Positions 47,636 through 57,378 of a DNA stretch of 64,000 nt are shown one piece after another; the stretch's first letter is position 1, and the number at the start of each line of letters is the position of its first letter. The DNA lies in assembly GCA_963769425.1 (NCBI GenBank), contig CAVYLP010000006.1, positions 640,001 through 704,000 of the forward strand. Reading direction: 5' to 3'. Origin of the DNA: Candidatus Bathyarchaeota archaeon (GTDB taxonomy: Archaea > Thermoproteota > Bathyarchaeia > TCS64). The notes beneath the pieces were generated by a model. That model saw nothing but the letters and a program-made list of their open reading frames with translations. It was not told the origin of the DNA and did not search any database. Both the position numbers and the translations under genes were made by a program.

Positions 47636-47977
47636 ATGAAGACCAACAGTGTAGACAAGGCACCACGAATGAGCCCCGCAAAGGGAGTAGAGATCATAAT
47701 CCTTGGCAGTAGCGACAAAGTCATGCTCACACACATCATCGCCCAACCTGGCGCAATAGTCCCCGACCACAAGCATCCACACGACCAGATAGGCACATGC
47801 ATCAAGGGCGAAGGCGTCCTCACATCCGGGGGCAAGAAGTTCAAGACCGTCCCCGGCGCCAGCTGGTACATCCCCGGAGGAGAGAGCCACGATTGGGTCA
47901 ACACCAGCAAGGGCGAGACTATCCTCATAGAGACCTTCGCCCCCCCACGCGAGGATTACTTATCCAAGGCCAAGTAA
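47636..47977 (+). CDS. Cupin domain protein
   Basis: PDHKHPHDQI, YIPGGESH, ETFAPPREDY. Confidence 0.9.
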   Translation: MKTNSVDKAPRMSPAKGVEIIILGSSDKVMLTHIIAQPGAIVPDHKHPHDQIGTCIKGEGVLTSGGKKFKTVPGASWYIPGGESHDWVNTSKGETILIETFAPPREDYLSKAK

Positions 47978-47996
47978 CGAGAGTGAAGCACCCCCC

Positions 47997-49475
47997 TTGA
48001 GCGAGCAGACCCCCCAGTTCCTGCAGCGCATAATCGAGGCAGGCTACCAGCTAAGCCCGGACGCCTACGCCTACCTCATGGGGCTACCCGCCGAGACAGC
48101 AGACACCCTATCACAAAAGGCCGTTTTGAAGGCAGACTCTTCCTCCCCTCCTCTCTTCGTGCTCGATAAGGGCTACCTGCTAGTACTCGTCGAGACTCCC
48201 CGACCGGAGCCCCTCCCTCAGAAGAACCGTCCAATACCCGCTAGGGACAAGGGCACGTCTCTCAAGGTTCTCGATGAGGAACCCGCACAACCAGCCAGCG
48301 ACGCCGAGGGCTTCCTCCAGTACTTCCAGAGCCGATACGACCGCCTCGAGGCTATACTCAAGCGCCGCGTCGACGTGAAGGACGCCATACCGATCGAGCA
48401 GGCGCTCAAGCTCCCCCTCAAGACAAAGCTCAAGACAACCGGCATCGTCTCCGAGAAACGAACCAGAGGCAACAAGTTATTCATCGAGCTCGAGGACCGC
48501 CGCTCCACAATCAGCGTCATGGCCACAGACGAGGACGTCATGCACCGCGGCTTGGAGCTGCAGGAGGATCAGGTCATCGCCGTCGACGCAGTCAAATACA
48601 CAGACGACCTGCTGATCGCAAACGACTGGATCTGGCCCGACGTCCCAAATAACACCCCTAGACGAAGCCCTGACCCACTATATGCGGCCCTGCTCGCGGA
48701 TGTCCACGTCGGCTCCAAATACTACAGGGGCGACCTCTTCGACAAGTTCATCGACTGGATGAACCTCGAACTCGGTCCGCCACAGAGCAGGGACGCAGCT
48801 GCGCGCGTCAAGTACGTCGTCATAGCTGGTGACCTCGTCGACGGCGTCGGTATATACCCCGAGCAGCTGGACGAACTCACCATATCCGACATACGAGAGC
48901 AGTACAGGGCGGCCGCGGAGCTCCTCAAGCAACTACCCGACTACGTGGAGATCGTCGTGACCCCTGGCAACCACGACGCGACCCGCCACAGCATGCCTCA
49001 GCCCCCCATACCCAAGGAGTACGCTAAGGAGCTGCACGAGGACCCGCGCGTCAAGATGCTATCCAGTCCCTGCAGGCTTAACCTAAACGGAGTCGAGATC
49101 CTCGTCGAGCATGGCAAGGGGATGGACGACATACTCAGCAGCACGCCCGGCTACGAGTTCCAACACCCACTGAAGGCGATGGAGCTCCTCTTTAGATGCC
49201 GCCACCTTGCCCCCCGCTACGGACAGAGCACTCCGATCGCCCCCGAGCGCACTGACCGGCTCGTCATTGGTAGCGTTCCCGACGTCATGCTCATGGGGCA
49301 CATCCACATCAACGAGACCAAGCGCTACAAGGGCGTCACACTGGTCTCCGCGGGTTCGTGGCAAGATCAGACCCCCTTTCAGAAGCGTATGCAGATAGAA
49401 CCCACGACGGGTGTTGCCACAATATTCGACTTGCAGACCCACCAGACTCTTGACCTCGACTTCAAGCGCTTCTAG
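47997..49475 (+). CDS. polB: DNA polymerase D small subunit DP1 (3'-5' exonuclease)
   Basis: YFQSRY, OB fold, ADVHVGS, AGDLVDGVGIYP, PGNHDA, HG, RHLAPRYG, GHIH, WQDQTPFQ. Confidence 0.97.
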   Translation: MSEQTPQFLQRIIEAGYQLSPDAYAYLMGLPAETADTLSQKAVLKADSSSPPLFVLDKGYLLVLVETPRPEPLPQKNRPIPARDKGTSLKVLDEEPAQPASDAEGFLQYFQSRYDRLEAILKRRVDVKDAIPIEQALKLPLKTKLKTTGIVSEKRTRGNKLFIELEDRRSTISVMATDEDVMHRGLELQEDQVIAVDAVKYTDDLLIANDWIWPDVPNNTPRRSPDPLYAALLADVHVGSKYYRGDLFDKFIDWMNLELGPPQSRDAAARVKYVVIAGDLVDGVGIYPEQLDELTISDIREQYRAAAELLKQLPDYVEIVVTPGNHDATRHSMPQPPIPKEYAKELHEDPRVKMLSSPCRLNLNGVEILVEHGKGMDDILSSTPGYEFQHPLKAMELLFRCRHLAPRYGQSTPIAPERTDRLVIGSVPDVMLMGHIHINETKRYKGVTLVSAGSWQDQTPFQKRMQIEPTTGVATIFDLQTHQTLDLDFKRF

Positions 49476-50016
49476 TCAGACCACGCGCTACGATCCCAGC
49501 GACCCTCACCGGCTCCGGCGCCCTCGTCAACGACGCCGAGGACCTCAGAACCTCCTCACACCAATCCCTCGACTCACCAACCACCTCGAAGAACACAGGA
49601 GGATAACCCTCTCTCGTCACGAGGCTGTAAACATCCCCCAGCTGCGCTATCGGGGCCCACCTCTCACCCCAATCGGTGAAGTGGGCCTTCAAAGCTGCGA
49701 GTACCGAGGCACTATCTGGCTTCTCCCCTGAATAAACGATCACTGGGACGCCAAGTTCGTCATGCACTCTGGTTCCGTCGATTATATTGAACCCAGCGAA
49801 GGAGACGCCTCCGAGTATCACAGCGTCGCAGCGGATGTTTACAAGCATACCGAGCAACACGTCGGTAGCGTCCCGCCCGTCGACGGTGACCTTGCCTAAT
49901 CTAATCGCCTCTACCCTGTCTCCTATCATTAAGACTGCACAGAGTAAGGTCAACTGCCCCGACTGGAATGCTCTGAAGCCGCCGTCCTCCACCCCCACGA
50001 GGCTGAGGGAACTCAA
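49462..50016 (-). CDS. DUF99 family (endonuclease V-like fold) protein
   Basis: VGVEDGGF, VTVDGRDAT, GVSFAGFNIID, PEPVRVA. Confidence 0.88.
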   Translation of the reverse strand: MSSLSLVGVEDGGFRAFQSGQLTLLCAVLMIGDRVEAIRLGKVTVDGRDATDVLLGMLVNIRCDAVILGGVSFAGFNIIDGTRVHDELGVPVIVYSGEKPDSASVLAALKAHFTDWGERWAPIAQLGDVYSLVTREGYPPVFFEVVGESRDWCEEVLRSSASLTRAPEPVRVAGIVARGLTRSA

Positions 50017-50459
50017 TACTTCTCGAGCTTACCCTTGATCTGGCACTTAATAAGGAACTGCGGATAGGTTTTCTTCGGCACCTTAACCTCGCCGCTGAGG
50101 ATCACGATCTTCTCGATTCCCCTTAACGCCTCTGAGTCGACGTCCTTCTCGAAGACTAGGGTTCCGCTGCTCTCGATCTTGAACGGCCCCATGTCCCTGC
50201 TGATATCTAGGACATCATTCTTCGATAAAGTCACTTCACCCTCATCCTCGACTGTGAGGACAAAACTACCTCCCGCCTGAACTATCCCTTCACCATTCGC
50301 AGATGCAACCACATTCTCAGAGATGTCACCGTCGATGTACGCCTTCAGAGCGGAGTTCACCAGGTCGCTGACGCGTTTACCATCCTTCTTCGCCATGGAG
50401 AATACTTCGTTGTAAAGCCCCGTGTCGAGGCCCCGGATGGCGACTGTCTTGCGAGTCAT
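50013..50459 (-). CDS. Ribbon-helix-helix domain protein
   Basis: N-terminal KTVAIRGLDTGLYNEVFSMAKKDGKRVSDLVNSALKAYI has beta-alpha-alpha RHH spacing. The C-terminal domain is unknown. Confidence 0.75.
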   Translation of the reverse strand: MTRKTVAIRGLDTGLYNEVFSMAKKDGKRVSDLVNSALKAYIDGDISENVVASANGEGIVQAGGSFVLTVEDEGEVTLSKNDVLDISRDMGPFKIESSGTLVFEKDVDSEALRGIEKIVILSGEVKVPKKTYPQFLIKCQIKGKLEKY

Positions 50460-50475
50460 GTTTACGGTGCGACCT

Positions 50476-50513
50476 GATTACTTGTTTACATGTTTACTTG
50501 TTAACAAGTAATC
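50476..50513. promoter_or_regulatory. Octamer-repeat operator (3 direct + 1 inverted TACWTGTT)
   Basis: TACTTGTT 50479, TACATGTT 50487, TACTTGTT 50495, AACAAGTA 50503. Outer 11-bp perfect inverted repeat. Confidence 0.7.
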
Positions 50514-50575
50514 TTATAAGCTTATCGCGGCTGTTTTCTTTTCGCCGACGACAGGCGGGTTATGGAGACGACATT

Positions 50576-51235
50576 ATGGCTCGAGTGGTGCCCCTGAGAG
50601 ATGCGTTAAACACCGATAAAAGTCGATCGGTAAACAGGATCACACCGAAAGAGACAAATTTCGTCAAATATACGCAGATCTTCCGCCAACTCCTCTTGCT
50701 CAATGAGAAGAACGATCTGGCCACGACTCTGAAGAACATACAGGAATTACTAAATTTTAGCGAGAACATATTCAGCTCACCCGCGGTGGCTGAGGCTTTT
50801 CTCTACTTCTGTTTACACGGTGCTGGGACGGCTTGGGTGCTTCAGACTGAGCTCAATCAGCCAGAGGCTACGGTCTACCGTACGCTGAAGAGGCTCAGGG
50901 CAGTAGGCTTAATCGGACCGGCTCTCAAGGTTTCAAAGGTCCAGTCGAGCAAGGGTGGTCCACGCCCGACCATCTGGGCGCTAGAGAGTGCTAGCGGAGA
51001 CGAGATCGCCGCGGCTCTAAAGCATCACTATAGGACACTCAGCCCGAAGTACCGCGTTGCAGAGGAGGTCGCTCAGACCATCCTCGACCAGTACGTCAAG
51101 AGGGGGCGCGAAGAAATCACATACAGGGACCTACTTGAGCAGATTAAGGAGATGCGCATACCCTTCAAGGCGCCCGACATCGCTGATCTCGCGGCCCAGT
51201 ACCTTGTTGAGAAGGGCGTAAAGGTCTGGCGTTAA
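50576..51235 (+). CDS. Winged-helix DNA-binding protein
   Basis: FLYFCLHGAGTAWVLQTELNQPEATVYRTLKRLRAVGLI...GGPRPTIW. Confidence 0.8.
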   Translation: MARVVPLRDALNTDKSRSVNRITPKETNFVKYTQIFRQLLLLNEKNDLATTLKNIQELLNFSENIFSSPAVAEAFLYFCLHGAGTAWVLQTELNQPEATVYRTLKRLRAVGLIGPALKVSKVQSSKGGPRPTIWALESASGDEIAAALKHHYRTLSPKYRVAEEVAQTILDQYVKRGREEITYRDLLEQIKEMRIPFKAPDIADLAAQYLVEKGVKVWR

Positions 51236-52212
51236 GCCAGTCTGTAGCGTAGTATACCGTTTTCGTTTGATTCGACGATCTCGCCTTTGTTTCTTAAGTA
51301 GATGATGTGGGCATAGGTCTCAGTTGCCGCCATCCTCTTTGTCCAGAAGTCCATTACTAGCCATGGGCGACTGTCCCAGTGGATTGCACCGGCGACGTCA
51401 AATACCGAGCTCTTCCCGTTCCTCAGCGCTTCCTTAACCTCGAGTAAACGGGCTTCATGATGTTTAAAGAGCTGCGCGACGCGGCCTCGGAGGTCCGTGA
51501 AGTTCGTCTCGTGGCCGGGTAGGATGAGATCAACTGGCAAGTCTTTGACTTTGTTCAGGCTGTTGAGGTAGTCTCCGAGTGGGTCTCTCTTTTCCCAGGT
51601 GTGGAGGCTTACGTGGCTGGTGATCTTCGGTAGGACGTGGTCGCCGCTGAAGAGTATTCGCCTATCCGCGTCGTGGAGGCAGATGTGCTCGGCTGCGTGG
51701 CCGGGTGTCCAAATCACCTTTAGCTTCTCGCCTGGAAGGTCTAGTATGTCGCCGTCCTCGAGGAGTTTGTCGAGCCTCAGAGGTTCGGGGTCTTCTCTGA
51801 AGGCGTGTTCGAAGCGGCTTAGGAACTGTTGGAATGAGTCTCCACCCATGAGCTGGAGTTCCTCGGAGGTGTTCCTGTACATCTCCTTGTAGACCCTGAT
51901 CTGCTCCTGCTGTCGCTCCTCGGCGATGCGGTGGGCGAGGGTCTCAACGTCCACGCTCTGCCTGATGTATTCTATGAGTCCAACGTGGTCGTTGTGCATG
52001 TGGGTGATTATGATCCTCTTCAGGTCCTTGAGGTGTGTACCCTGTTCGCCGAGCTGTTTCTCGAGTGAGTTGAGTGAGCCCCAGTCCGGTATGCCTGCGT
52101 CAATCAGGGTCTTGGATTCCTTGAGGAAGTATGAGTATGTGTAGCCTAGGGGGTTATGTATCATCGGGACTTTGAACTGGTGGACGCCTTCGGCGACCTG
52201 CATTTGAGCCAC
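51232..52212 (-). CDS. MBL-fold metallo-hydrolase with C-terminal winged helix
   Basis: THMHNDHVG, TPGHAAEH, FSGDHVL, LPGHE. Confidence 0.9.
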   Translation of the reverse strand: MAQMQVAEGVHQFKVPMIHNPLGYTYSYFLKESKTLIDAGIPDWGSLNSLEKQLGEQGTHLKDLKRIIITHMHNDHVGLIEYIRQSVDVETLAHRIAEERQQEQIRVYKEMYRNTSEELQLMGGDSFQQFLSRFEHAFREDPEPLRLDKLLEDGDILDLPGEKLKVIWTPGHAAEHICLHDADRRILFSGDHVLPKITSHVSLHTWEKRDPLGDYLNSLNKVKDLPVDLILPGHETNFTDLRGRVAQLFKHHEARLLEVKEALRNGKSSVFDVAGAIHWDSRPWLVMDFWTKRMAATETYAHIIYLRNKGEIVESNENGILRYRLA

Positions 52213-52258
52213 TCCTGCAGGTGTCGCGAAACCGGCTTTTAAATGAATGGTGGTCTGG

Positions 52259-53473
52259 TTATCCCAGTTTCTTCTTGCTTCTGTAAGCGTAGAAGAGTAG
52301 GAAGAGCGCAACTATCCCCGCTGCGCCCATTGTCGTCCAGACAACGTTGAAGTTGTATCGGTCTATTAGGAATCCGAGGAGCGTAGACCATAGGGCGCTG
52401 ACCCCCGCGCCGACGGCGAAGAAGAGGCCGGTGAGTATTTCACGCTCGTTTGGACCGGCTATGCTCATCAGGTGTGCTTGCATGAGGGAAGTCAGGGAGA
52501 ACGTTGTCAGGGAGAGTAGGAACAAGTTAGGGATAATTAGCAGGCTGAAGGTCGTGTAGAAGCTCAGGGATAAGATCATCAGGGTAGTGATAGTGAGTGA
52601 GATTATCGCTATCTTGAGGTAGCCCCTCTTCTCGGCGACCCTACCGAGATAGATCGTACCGATGACGCCCCCAATTGTACCGAGGGCACTGACGATGCCG
52701 GCTGCGAGTATCGGCTGATCCAGCCCCTTCGGGCTCCTGAGGAAAAGCGGTACCCATGTGTTGAGGACGCCAAGCCCAGTCCCACCGGAGACGAAGCCAT
52801 AGGCAAGTAGAATCGCTATCGCGCCAGGGACCTTCAAAGAAGCCTTCATATCTTGACCCAGGTTACGATCTTTTCGCTCAATCTGAATGACTCTGGCCGC
52901 TGGCTCTTTCCTTAACACAACAAGGATCAGGATGCCTGTGCATATGGGTATCAGGCCGAGGACGAAGAAGGCGGATTGGTAACCGTAGAGGAAAGCCACG
53001 CTCGAAAGGAGAAGCGGGCTAATAATGTTCCCAACGTAGCCGAGGCCGAAGAAGACGGATAGGGCTGAGCCTATCCCCTTCTTCTGGTACTTCTCCGCTA
53101 TTATCGATGAGCTCATAGGGTGTTGCCCCGCCTGGCCTATGCCCGAGGCGGATTGGCCGCCCAGAACTAGCGCGAATCTATCGGCTGCTCCTGTAATGAC
53201 GCACCCGAGGCCCATCAGGATGTTGGAGCCGCCGAGCAGTACACGCCGCGAGATCCTGCGACTAAGTATGCTGTAGAGAATGGGGAGAATGCCGAGTACA
53301 TTAAGGAGCCCCGTCATCACCCCGATCTGCGTATAGTCGAGTTTCAGGGTGTCAATCATGCTCTGGTTGAGGATACCGGCGCCTTGGAAGAAGTGTTGGG
53401 AGGTGTGGGAGATAGTGATCGCTCCCAGCACTTGCTTATCCGATAAGCCTTGGTTCTCTTTGTCTTCTCCCAT
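52259..53473 (-). CDS. MFS transporter
   Basis: About 12 TM segments, GRVAEKRG and GFLIDRY motifs. Confidence 0.88.
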   Translation of the reverse strand: MGEDKENQGLSDKQVLGAITISHTSQHFFQGAGILNQSMIDTLKLDYTQIGVMTGLLNVLGILPILYSILSRRISRRVLLGGSNILMGLGCVITGAADRFALVLGGQSASGIGQAGQHPMSSSIIAEKYQKKGIGSALSVFFGLGYVGNIISPLLLSSVAFLYGYQSAFFVLGLIPICTGILILVVLRKEPAARVIQIERKDRNLGQDMKASLKVPGAIAILLAYGFVSGGTGLGVLNTWVPLFLRSPKGLDQPILAAGIVSALGTIGGVIGTIYLGRVAEKRGYLKIAIISLTITTLMILSLSFYTTFSLLIIPNLFLLSLTTFSLTSLMQAHLMSIAGPNEREILTGLFFAVGAGVSALWSTLLGFLIDRYNFNVVWTTMGAAGIVALFLLFYAYRSKKKLG

Positions 53474-53559
53474 GGGTTTGAGTCGCCTAATCAGATTCAG
53501 GGCGGGGTAGCTTGCGTTTAAAGCTACTCTTTATACTTGAGCTACTGAGTCCTCAGTTT

Positions 53560-55164
53560 CTAAGCCTTGCCACGGCTGTAGACCACCTTACCTCCGACGA
53601 TGGTCGTCTCGACGCTTATTTTAAGGAGCCCGCTCTCACCGACCTTGTACGGATCCGCCGAGAGTACGGTGAAGTCGGCTAGTTTTCCCTCCTCAATGGT
53701 CCCCTTACGCCCCTCATTGAATCCGACGTAAGCAGCATTGACGGTGTACATGCGGATAGCCTGGTCGATGGTCACACGTTCTCCTGCTGTGATGATCTTG
53801 TTGGTGTTCTCGGATTGGCGTGTCACAGCCGACCAGATGCCCTTCAGGGGGTTGCAGTAGGTTAGTGGGCAGTCTGAGCTCCCGCTCACGACTATGCCCT
53901 CCTCGAGCATCGACTTGATGGGGTAAGTGTACGCCATCCTCTTCTCGCCGAGGGAGGTTTCGAAGCCGTCACCGTTCCGCGTGACTAGTTCAGGCTGGGT
54001 GGAGACGACGACGCCGAGTCTCTTCGCCTTATCCCTCAGCGCCTTCGGGACTATGCTTCCGTGTTCGATACGGTGTCTGTGGTCAACACGGGGTGTGTCC
54101 TTCAGGGCGGCTTCGTATGCGTTTAGTACCGCCTCGATGGCGCGGTCACCAACCGCATGTGTTGCTATCTGCATCCCCGCCCTGTTCGCCTCGATGATTT
54201 GCTTCGAGAAGACCTTCTCATCGTTCAAGATGCCCATATTATCGGGTTCACCCTCGAAGTGTTCCTTCATCGCAGCCGTCTTCGCGATGAGGGAGCCGTC
54301 GCTGAATATCTTGATCGCCCCGATCCTGAGCATGTCGTCGCCGAGCCCCGAGCTGATCCCTACCTGCAGGATGTTGGGGAGTAGCTCCACCTTCGGCATG
54401 AGGGTCACACGCAGGGGCAGCTTTCCCTCAGTTGCGAGTTCCTGGGTGACCTTGATCTCATCGTGATCGGCGGATGGGACGTGGATGGCTGTTAGGCCGT
54501 ATTCCACTGCTCTTCCGACGCCGATCAGTATCGCTTCCCTGAGGGTGGCGAGGTCGGGTCGTGGGCGGACCCCGTTAAGGCCCACTGGGGCCATGAATCT
54601 GGCGTTGGACCGCAGGAACCCAGTTGGTTCCCCCTTTGCGTCGACGTCTATCCATCCACCCGCGGGGGGCTTCGTGTTTCTATTGATTCCCGCTGCTTGG
54701 AGGCCTCTTGAGTTGAGGAGCGTCGCGTGGCAGGAGAAGTGGTGAAGGTAGACTGGGTTATCGGGGGAGACGTCGTCGATGTCCCAGCGTGTTAGGAGGC
54801 GCCTCTCCTTTAGGAGGCTCTCGTTCCATCCCCGACCCATCACCCACTCTCCTTTGTGAGTTCCTTTCACTCGTTCCTTGAGCAGGCTCCTGACCTCCTC
54901 CACCGACTTCGCCTCCTCTAGATTCAGGGTCCTCAGGGTCAATCCGAAGTCGTCGAGGTGAACGTGGGTGTCGATGAATCCGGGCAGAACGGTCTTCCCG
55001 CTGAGGTCTATGACCTTCGTCTCTTTCCCTGTCCCCTTTTCCACCTCCTTACTCGAGCCCAGCTGGGCTATCACACCATATTTCACAGCGACCGCCTCTA
55101 CGCGAGGCGTCTTCTCATTCAATGTCAGAACATTACCGTTCGTCAGTACAAGGTCAGGATACAT
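53560..55164 (-). CDS. Amidohydrolase-3 family (YtcJ-like)
   Basis: PGFIDTHVH, KIFSDGS, HAVGDRA, HRIEH, SSDCP, GKLADFTVL. Confidence 0.92.
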   Translation of the reverse strand: MYPDLVLTNGNVLTLNEKTPRVEAVAVKYGVIAQLGSSKEVEKGTGKETKVIDLSGKTVLPGFIDTHVHLDDFGLTLRTLNLEEAKSVEEVRSLLKERVKGTHKGEWVMGRGWNESLLKERRLLTRWDIDDVSPDNPVYLHHFSCHATLLNSRGLQAAGINRNTKPPAGGWIDVDAKGEPTGFLRSNARFMAPVGLNGVRPRPDLATLREAILIGVGRAVEYGLTAIHVPSADHDEIKVTQELATEGKLPLRVTLMPKVELLPNILQVGISSGLGDDMLRIGAIKIFSDGSLIAKTAAMKEHFEGEPDNMGILNDEKVFSKQIIEANRAGMQIATHAVGDRAIEAVLNAYEAALKDTPRVDHRHRIEHGSIVPKALRDKAKRLGVVVSTQPELVTRNGDGFETSLGEKRMAYTYPIKSMLEEGIVVSGSSDCPLTYCNPLKGIWSAVTRQSENTNKIITAGERVTIDQAIRMYTVNAAYVGFNEGRKGTIEEGKLADFTVLSADPYKVGESGLLKISVETTIVGGKVVYSRGKA

Positions 55165-55545
55165 ACGACCCACTCGGTAACAGTGCAACGCCACACGCTA
55201 TTAATAGTGACTCAAATGTGGCAACTTGGTCAGCCCGCACTGTCTGGGATAACGGAATCTCCTTTTTTAGACAAAACCGCTTTTATTTGAGCAATTGCTT
55301 AAAAATATGGGTATTCCGAGTATTTTATCCCAAATAGAAGCCTTTTTTTAAGCTTGAGACTTCTGGGAAGCTTTATTACGATGCGCTCCCGACCATTGCA
55401 GAATAATCGCAGGCCTTAATCTTGACGTTGGAGAGAGGAGTTCCCGGATACGCTGAACGTCTAGCAACGGTTACGTACCCGACGCAGTCTCGACTTGCAG
55501 ACGCCGCTTTCTGGCCTACGTAATCAGTTCAGAAGATGAAGTCAC

Positions 55546-57378
55546 GTGAGTGTTGCTAAACCCATCCTTGAGTGGATTAGAACCCTAAAAGTACAGCTCG
55601 ATATGCAGAGGTCGATAAAGGCCTTCAAGATAGTTGCGAAGTACAACAAGCCCTACTTCCCGTTTCTAGGACTGATTGTTCTTCTCTCAGTCGCCCGCTC
55701 CTACCTATTCACCCTCGAGCCCCTATACACCGCCCAGATCATTGACAACGTGATCGTCGCCAACGACTACAATCTTCTAATGGGGTTGCTTGTCAGGATA
55801 TTCCTGGCGGTCGCCGGCTTCGGAATACTGAACTTCGTGATCATTTTCCTCAACGGCTACACATCCAAGAACATTATCAGAGATATTCGCGCTGATTACT
55901 ACCGGTCGCTTCAGGAAAAATCGTTCGATTTCCACGACGCGTCCGCCGTCGGGGACCTGATTTCGAGGGCAACGATGGACCTTCAACCCCTCGACATGTT
56001 CCTCGGCCAGTCGGTGGGTGTCGTCTGCGACGCCGTCTTCACCGCCATCGCGGTATTCCTGGTCATGTTTTCCATCAACCAGACGATGAGCCTCATCGCG
56101 GTCGTGCCCATAGTCATCGTCTTCTACCTCAACGTCGGCCTCTTCACGAAGACTATGCCCCTCTTCAGGAGGATGCAGATGATCCTCGGCCGGCTGGGCG
56201 CTTACATCCAGCAGGACATCATCGGAATGAAGAATGTCCGCATCTTCCAGAGGGAGGAGGAGATGGAGGACGGCTTCAAGCAGGTCGAGGAAAAGTATGT
56301 ACAGACCGCGATTAGCGCCGGAAGGATAGCCTCCATATACACGCCAGCGGCTGAGGCGGGACTATCGATCGGCGTGACCCTCATCTACATCTACGGGGCC
56401 AACCTCATAGTCGCCCCTCTTGCGATTCTCACGATCGGTGACCTCATACTCTTCACCCGGTACATGCGCAGGCTCACGATGCCTCTGAAGAACCTCAGCA
56501 TGGTCATCGGGCAGTGGGTCAACGCCTCCGCAGGCTTCGAGCGCGTAAACGACATGATGGAGGCCCCGATCGCGGTGAAGGACCTACCCGATGCTGAGGA
56601 CCACAAGATAGAGCGTGGTGAGATCGTCTTCAAGGACGTGTGCTTCGGGTACGTTCCTAACACCCCTGCCCTCAAGAACGTGAACGTTGACGTGAAACCA
56701 GGTGAGAAGATCGCGATACTAGGCGCAACAGGATCGGGGAAGACGACTCTGATCTACCTAGTTCCGAGGTTCTACGACATAAACTCGGGAAGCCTCACTA
56801 TCGATGGGCAGGACATCAAGAGCTTCAAGCTTGCTTCTCTTCGGAAGCAGATCGGACTAGTTCTACAGGATGTATTCCTCTTCTCCGGCACAATCAGGGA
56901 TAACATTGCGTTCGGTAACCCCGCCGCCTCGAATGACGACGTTATCAAGGCGGCGAAGCTGGCCCAGATCCACGACTTCATCGAGAGCCTACCGGAGAGG
57001 TATGACACAATAATCGGTGAGCGTGGCGTTACCCTTTCGGGGGGGCAGAAGCAGAGGGTAACTATCGCCCGCGCCCTGCTCACGGACCCTAAGATACTGA
57101 TACTCGACGACTCGCTCTCTTTCGTCGACGCTAAGACTGAACATGAGATCCAGCAGGCCATAGACGAGGCGATGAGGGGGAGGACTACCCTCATGATTGC
57201 CCAGCGGCTGTCAACGATCAAGAACGCGGATAGGATCATCGTCCTCGACAATGGTGAGATCGTGGAGCTTGGCAGTCACAACGAACTGATGGCGATGAAC
57301 GGGATCTACAAGAGGATCTACGAGACCCAGTTCCTGGAGAAGGCTCCCGAGGAGATCCTCGCAGGGAGGGTGAAGTAA
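55546..57378 (+). CDS. ABC exporter subunit (TMD+NBD), degenerate-site half
   Basis: GATGSGKT, LSGGQKQR, Walker B ILDDS (Asp for catalytic Glu), switch AQR (Gln for His). Confidence 0.93.
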   Translation: MSVAKPILEWIRTLKVQLDMQRSIKAFKIVAKYNKPYFPFLGLIVLLSVARSYLFTLEPLYTAQIIDNVIVANDYNLLMGLLVRIFLAVAGFGILNFVIIFLNGYTSKNIIRDIRADYYRSLQEKSFDFHDASAVGDLISRATMDLQPLDMFLGQSVGVVCDAVFTAIAVFLVMFSINQTMSLIAVVPIVIVFYLNVGLFTKTMPLFRRMQMILGRLGAYIQQDIIGMKNVRIFQREEEMEDGFKQVEEKYVQTAISAGRIASIYTPAAEAGLSIGVTLIYIYGANLIVAPLAILTIGDLILFTRYMRRLTMPLKNLSMVIGQWVNASAGFERVNDMMEAPIAVKDLPDAEDHKIERGEIVFKDVCFGYVPNTPALKNVNVDVKPGEKIAILGATGSGKTTLIYLVPRFYDINSGSLTIDGQDIKSFKLASLRKQIGLVLQDVFLFSGTIRDNIAFGNPAASNDDVIKAAKLAQIHDFIESLPERYDTIIGERGVTLSGGQKQRVTIARALLTDPKILILDDSLSFVDAKTEHEIQQAIDEAMRGRTTLMIAQRLSTIKNADRIIVLDNGEIVELGSHNELMAMNGIYKRIYETQFLEKAPEEILAGRVK

